64,000 bases of DNA from positions 3,955-67,954 of the forward strand of contig JAAYTA010000102.1 of the NCBI GenBank assembly GCA_012518185.1, given 5' to 3'. The position numbers and the translations under genes were made by a program. The DNA comes from Methanobacteriota archaeon. GTDB lineage: Archaea > Thermoplasmatota > Thermoplasmata > Methanomassiliicoccales > Methanomassiliicoccaceae. The notes beneath the pieces are model-generated. The model had not been told where the DNA came from, did no database searches, and was given only the letters and a program-made list of their open reading frames with translations. Shown one piece after another: positions 61,344-64,000 of this stretch (position 1 is its first letter; each line of letters opens with the position of its first letter).

Positions 61344-62621
61344 CTATTCATTTCTTAAGTATTTCTGAACTAGTTTTATAGCGCAAACGTCACCGCACAT
61401 GGAACAGCCATCTGACTCATCAGTGATTCCTCTGGCGCGATATTCTCTAGCTTTATCTGGATCAATCGCTTCTCTATACATTGCTTCCCAGTCTAATTTT
61501 CTACGAGCTTCAGACATGCGTAAATCTCGTTCAGCACCGCGCCCCCTTGCTACGTCCGCAGCGTGGGCTGCTATTTTTGATGCGATAACTCCTTCTTTCA
61601 CATCTTGTGGCGTTGGTAATGATAGATGTTCGGCGGGAGTCACATAGCAAAGGAAGTCAGCTCCGTGATATGCTGCTACTGCTCCTCCTATCGCCGATGT
61701 GATGTGATCATAACCCGGTGCTATATCTGTGACAAGTGGACCAAGTACGTAGAAGGGGGCACCACCGCAGATACTCTTTTCCAGTCTTACGTTAGCTTCG
61801 ACTTGATTAAGTGGCACATGTCCAGGGCCTTCAACCATACATTGAACGTCAGCATCTCTACATCTGTGAACAAGCTCACCAAGGACTATGAGCTCCTGTA
61901 CCTGAGCCCCGTCGGTAGCATCATGGATGCATCCAGGCCTCATGCCATCTCCTAATGAGAGTGTTACTCCGTGTTCCTTGGCAAGCTCTAAAAGATAGTC
62001 AAAATTCTCATAATAAGGATTTTCTCTACCGTTATGAAGGATCCAAGCAACTAAAAAAGAACCGCCTCGAGATACTACGTCAGTAATACGTGGTGAACGT
62101 TTTATGCGATCCACGACCTCTTTAGTTATGCCACAATGAACGGTCATAAAATCAACGCCATCTTTGGCATGCTGGACGAAGCCATTGAACATATCGTCCT
62201 CATCCATATCCACCACCGCACTTTTCCTTGCCATCGTCAGTCCAATCTGATAGATAGGAACCGTTCCTACGGGCATATTGGTTTCATTGATTATGCGGCG
62301 CCTTATAGTATCTATATGGCCGCCAGTACTAAGATCCATAATGGCATCAGCACCGTATCGCTGAGCAATCTCTACTTTTTTGAGCTCTTCTTCTAGATCT
62401 ATATGATCTCGGGAAGTACCCACGTTTACATTGACCTTGACACTCAGTCCTTCTCCAATGCCGCATGGCCTAGGAGAGTGTATCGGATTATATGGAATCA
62501 CTACTCGTCCTGCCTTCATGCGTCGGCGGAGCACATCTTCATCAACACCTTCGATTTTAGAAACTTCTCTAAGAAGGTCTAACGGAACGCCTGCCACACT
62601 CATCTGACTCATTAATGCCAA
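61344..62621 (-). CDS. thiC: Phosphomethylpyrimidine synthase ThiC (or ThiC-like Bza paralog)
   Basis: KVNVNVGTS, MDLSTGG, GTVPIYQ, SRGGS, SLGDGMRPG, EGPGHVP, APGYDH, CSMCGDVC. Confidence 0.9.
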   Translation of the reverse strand: MALMSQMSVAGVPLDLLREVSKIEGVDEDVLRRRMKAGRVVIPYNPIHSPRPCGIGEGLSVKVNVNVGTSRDHIDLEEELKKVEIAQRYGADAIMDLSTGGHIDTIRRRIINETNMPVGTVPIYQIGLTMARKSAVVDMDEDDMFNGFVQHAKDGVDFMTVHCGITKEVVDRIKRSPRITDVVSRGGSFLVAWILHNGRENPYYENFDYLLELAKEHGVTLSLGDGMRPGCIHDATDGAQVQELIVLGELVHRCRDADVQCMVEGPGHVPLNQVEANVRLEKSICGGAPFYVLGPLVTDIAPGYDHITSAIGGAVAAYHGADFLCYVTPAEHLSLPTPQDVKEGVIASKIAAHAADVARGRGAERDLRMSEARRKLDWEAMYREAIDPDKAREYRARGITDESDGCSMCGDVCAIKLVQKYLRNE

Positions 62622-62882
62622 TTCGCTTTATCTAGATAGCCCTTCTCTATTTTGGTCATGTTATTATGAATTAAGATGTCATGAATAAAATGCACTATAA
62701 TGATTGATTCATAGGGGCCCTTTATTTATATATCCAGTGTGTCTAGAAGTCTATTAATAGTTAGATGCCCTACCTAAAAGTGTAGAGAAAGCGTTAGGGA
62801 TGCACTTATTTCAAATTCGGAAATCAGGGTTAAATTATCTGATTTGTCCGAGATGCATCTATATTTCAAGAGGAACGATTCA

Positions 62883-64000
62883 ATGGAAAACGATAATTAT
62901 AGTGCAGGTAGTATCCAGGTCCTTGAAGGACTCGAGGCCGTAAGGAGGCGGCCTGGTATGTATATCGGTAGTACCGATTCAAGGGGCCTTCATCACTTGG
63001 TCTTCGAAGTAGTAGACAACAGCATCGATGAAGTGATGGCTGGTTACTGCACTGAGATTAATATAACAATCAACAGTGATGGTAGTTGTACCGTATGGGA
63101 TAATGGCAGAGGAATCCCCACTGGAATACATGAAAAGTATCAAAGACCTGCGGTAGAGCTGGTCGTCACCACTCTGCATGCAGGGGGTAAATTTGATCGT
63201 AAGAGTTACAAAGTATCGGGAGGTCTGCATGGAGTAGGTCTGAGCGTTGTCAATGCTTTATCCCTGTATCTAGAGACTACAGTATGTCAGAATGGAAAGG
63301 TCCATTTTATGCGCTGTGAGAGGGGGCTAATCACTTCTCCATTAAAAGCAATAAAAACTACTGAAAGGACAGGTACAAGACAACATTTCATGCCCGATCC
63401 GGAGATATTTGATGATGTGACCTTCGATGCTGAGATCTTGGCACATCACTTCCAAGATCTTGCATATTTGAACAGGGGAGTGAGGATAACTTTACGTGAT
63501 CTCCGCGAAGGCATGGAGCGAGAAGAGGTCTTTCATGCTGAAGGAGGTATTGTAGAATTCGTAGAGCATCTGAATAAATCTAAGATAGCTATGCATGCTA
63601 ATCCGATCTACCTAGATTGTGAGCGCGAAGACGTGATAGTCGAAGTCGCGATGCAATATACTGATGCTTATTCCGAATCAGTGTTCTCCTATGTTAATAA
63701 TATAAACACAATTGAAGGAGGTACACATGTAATGGGCTTCCGCTCGGCCCTAACAAGAACTATGAATGATTATGCAAGAACCAACAAGCTTCTCAAAGAA
63801 AATGATGAGAACTTGAGCGGTGAAGATGTTAGAGAAGGTCTTACAGCTATACTTAGTCTTAAAGTTCCAGAACCTCAGTTTGAGGGGCAGACTAAAACGC
63901 GCCTAGGCAACAGTGAGATACGAGGCATCGTGGAATCATGCATGAATGAAACACTCAGTACATTCTTGGATGAGAATCCAAGAGTAGCTGAAGCATGTGT
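62883..64000 (+). CDS. gyrB: DNA gyrase subunit B, 5' part; runs off the window edge
   Basis: Manual translation gives [75 protein letters not shown]. Confidence 0.95.
   Translation, partial: MENDNYSAGSIQVLEGLEAVRRRPGMYIGSTDSRGLHHLVFEVVDNSIDEVMAGYCTEINITINSDGSCTVWDNGRGIPTGIHEKYQRPAVELVVTTLHAGGKFDRKSYKVSGGLHGVGLSVVNALSLYLETTVCQNGKVHFMRCERGLITSPLKAIKTTERTGTRQHFMPDPEIFDDVTFDAEILAHHFQDLAYLNRGVRITLRDLREGMEREEVFHAEGGIVEFVEHLNKSKIAMHANPIYLDCEREDVIVEVAMQYTDAYSESVFSYVNNINTIEGGTHVMGFRSALTRTMNDYARTNKLLKENDENLSGEDVREGLTAILSLKVPEPQFEGQTKTRLGNSEIRGIVESCMNETLSTFLDENPRVAEAC

Noticed and set aside
1450-63230. Many short antisense or alternate-frame ORFs in the track (for example 2511..3152, 7988..8500, 31103..31633, 42529..42903, 43156..43818, 52110..52730)
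   Set aside because: They lie wholly opposite or inside well-supported genes, show Ser/Ile-rich shadow-frame composition and have no motifs.
1-64000. CRISPR arrays, IS elements, integrases, rRNA, selenocysteine or frameshifted genes
   Set aside because: No regularly spaced repeats, transposase or integrase motifs, rRNA-like tracts or interrupted conserved frames were seen.

Overview
A compact, housekeeping-rich archaeal chromosome segment. The lineage is most likely Thermoplasmata, probably Methanomassiliicoccales-like. This is inferred from DNA gyrase occurring with PolD DP1, TiaS, a DUF3198-like protein and the gene order; no methanogenesis marker lies in the window. From left to right it contains: the 5' end of the tRNA splicing endonuclease gene; a Phr/HSR1-type heat-shock locus (regulator, two small unknown ORFs, cdc48, hsp20) with visible AAC-N5-GTT operators; the complete A1Ao ATP synthase operon; a cdc6-linked replication origin whose inverted ORBs flank hflX; tiaS, thiolase, dhs, ftsY-pfdA-rpl18a, priS and htpX; a small accessory islet; an MCM helicase interrupted by four inteins; an ABC transporter; fumarate hydratase; a 1793-aa Lhr helicase next to Ogg and EndoIV; a tRNA-Thr(CGU) with a D-loop intron; thiC; and the 5' part of gyrB. 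I found no CRISPR array, rRNA, transposase or integrase. I see no complete, clearly new multi-gene system. The most unusual items are the quadruple-intein MCM (three of its inteins have atypical features), the D-loop tRNA intron, the origin architecture with its AT-rich trough, an unannotated 48-aa ORF behind a heat-shock operator, and near-identical DNA between the two Walker A regions of cdc48. All family calls come from motif recognition by eye; no database searches were run.
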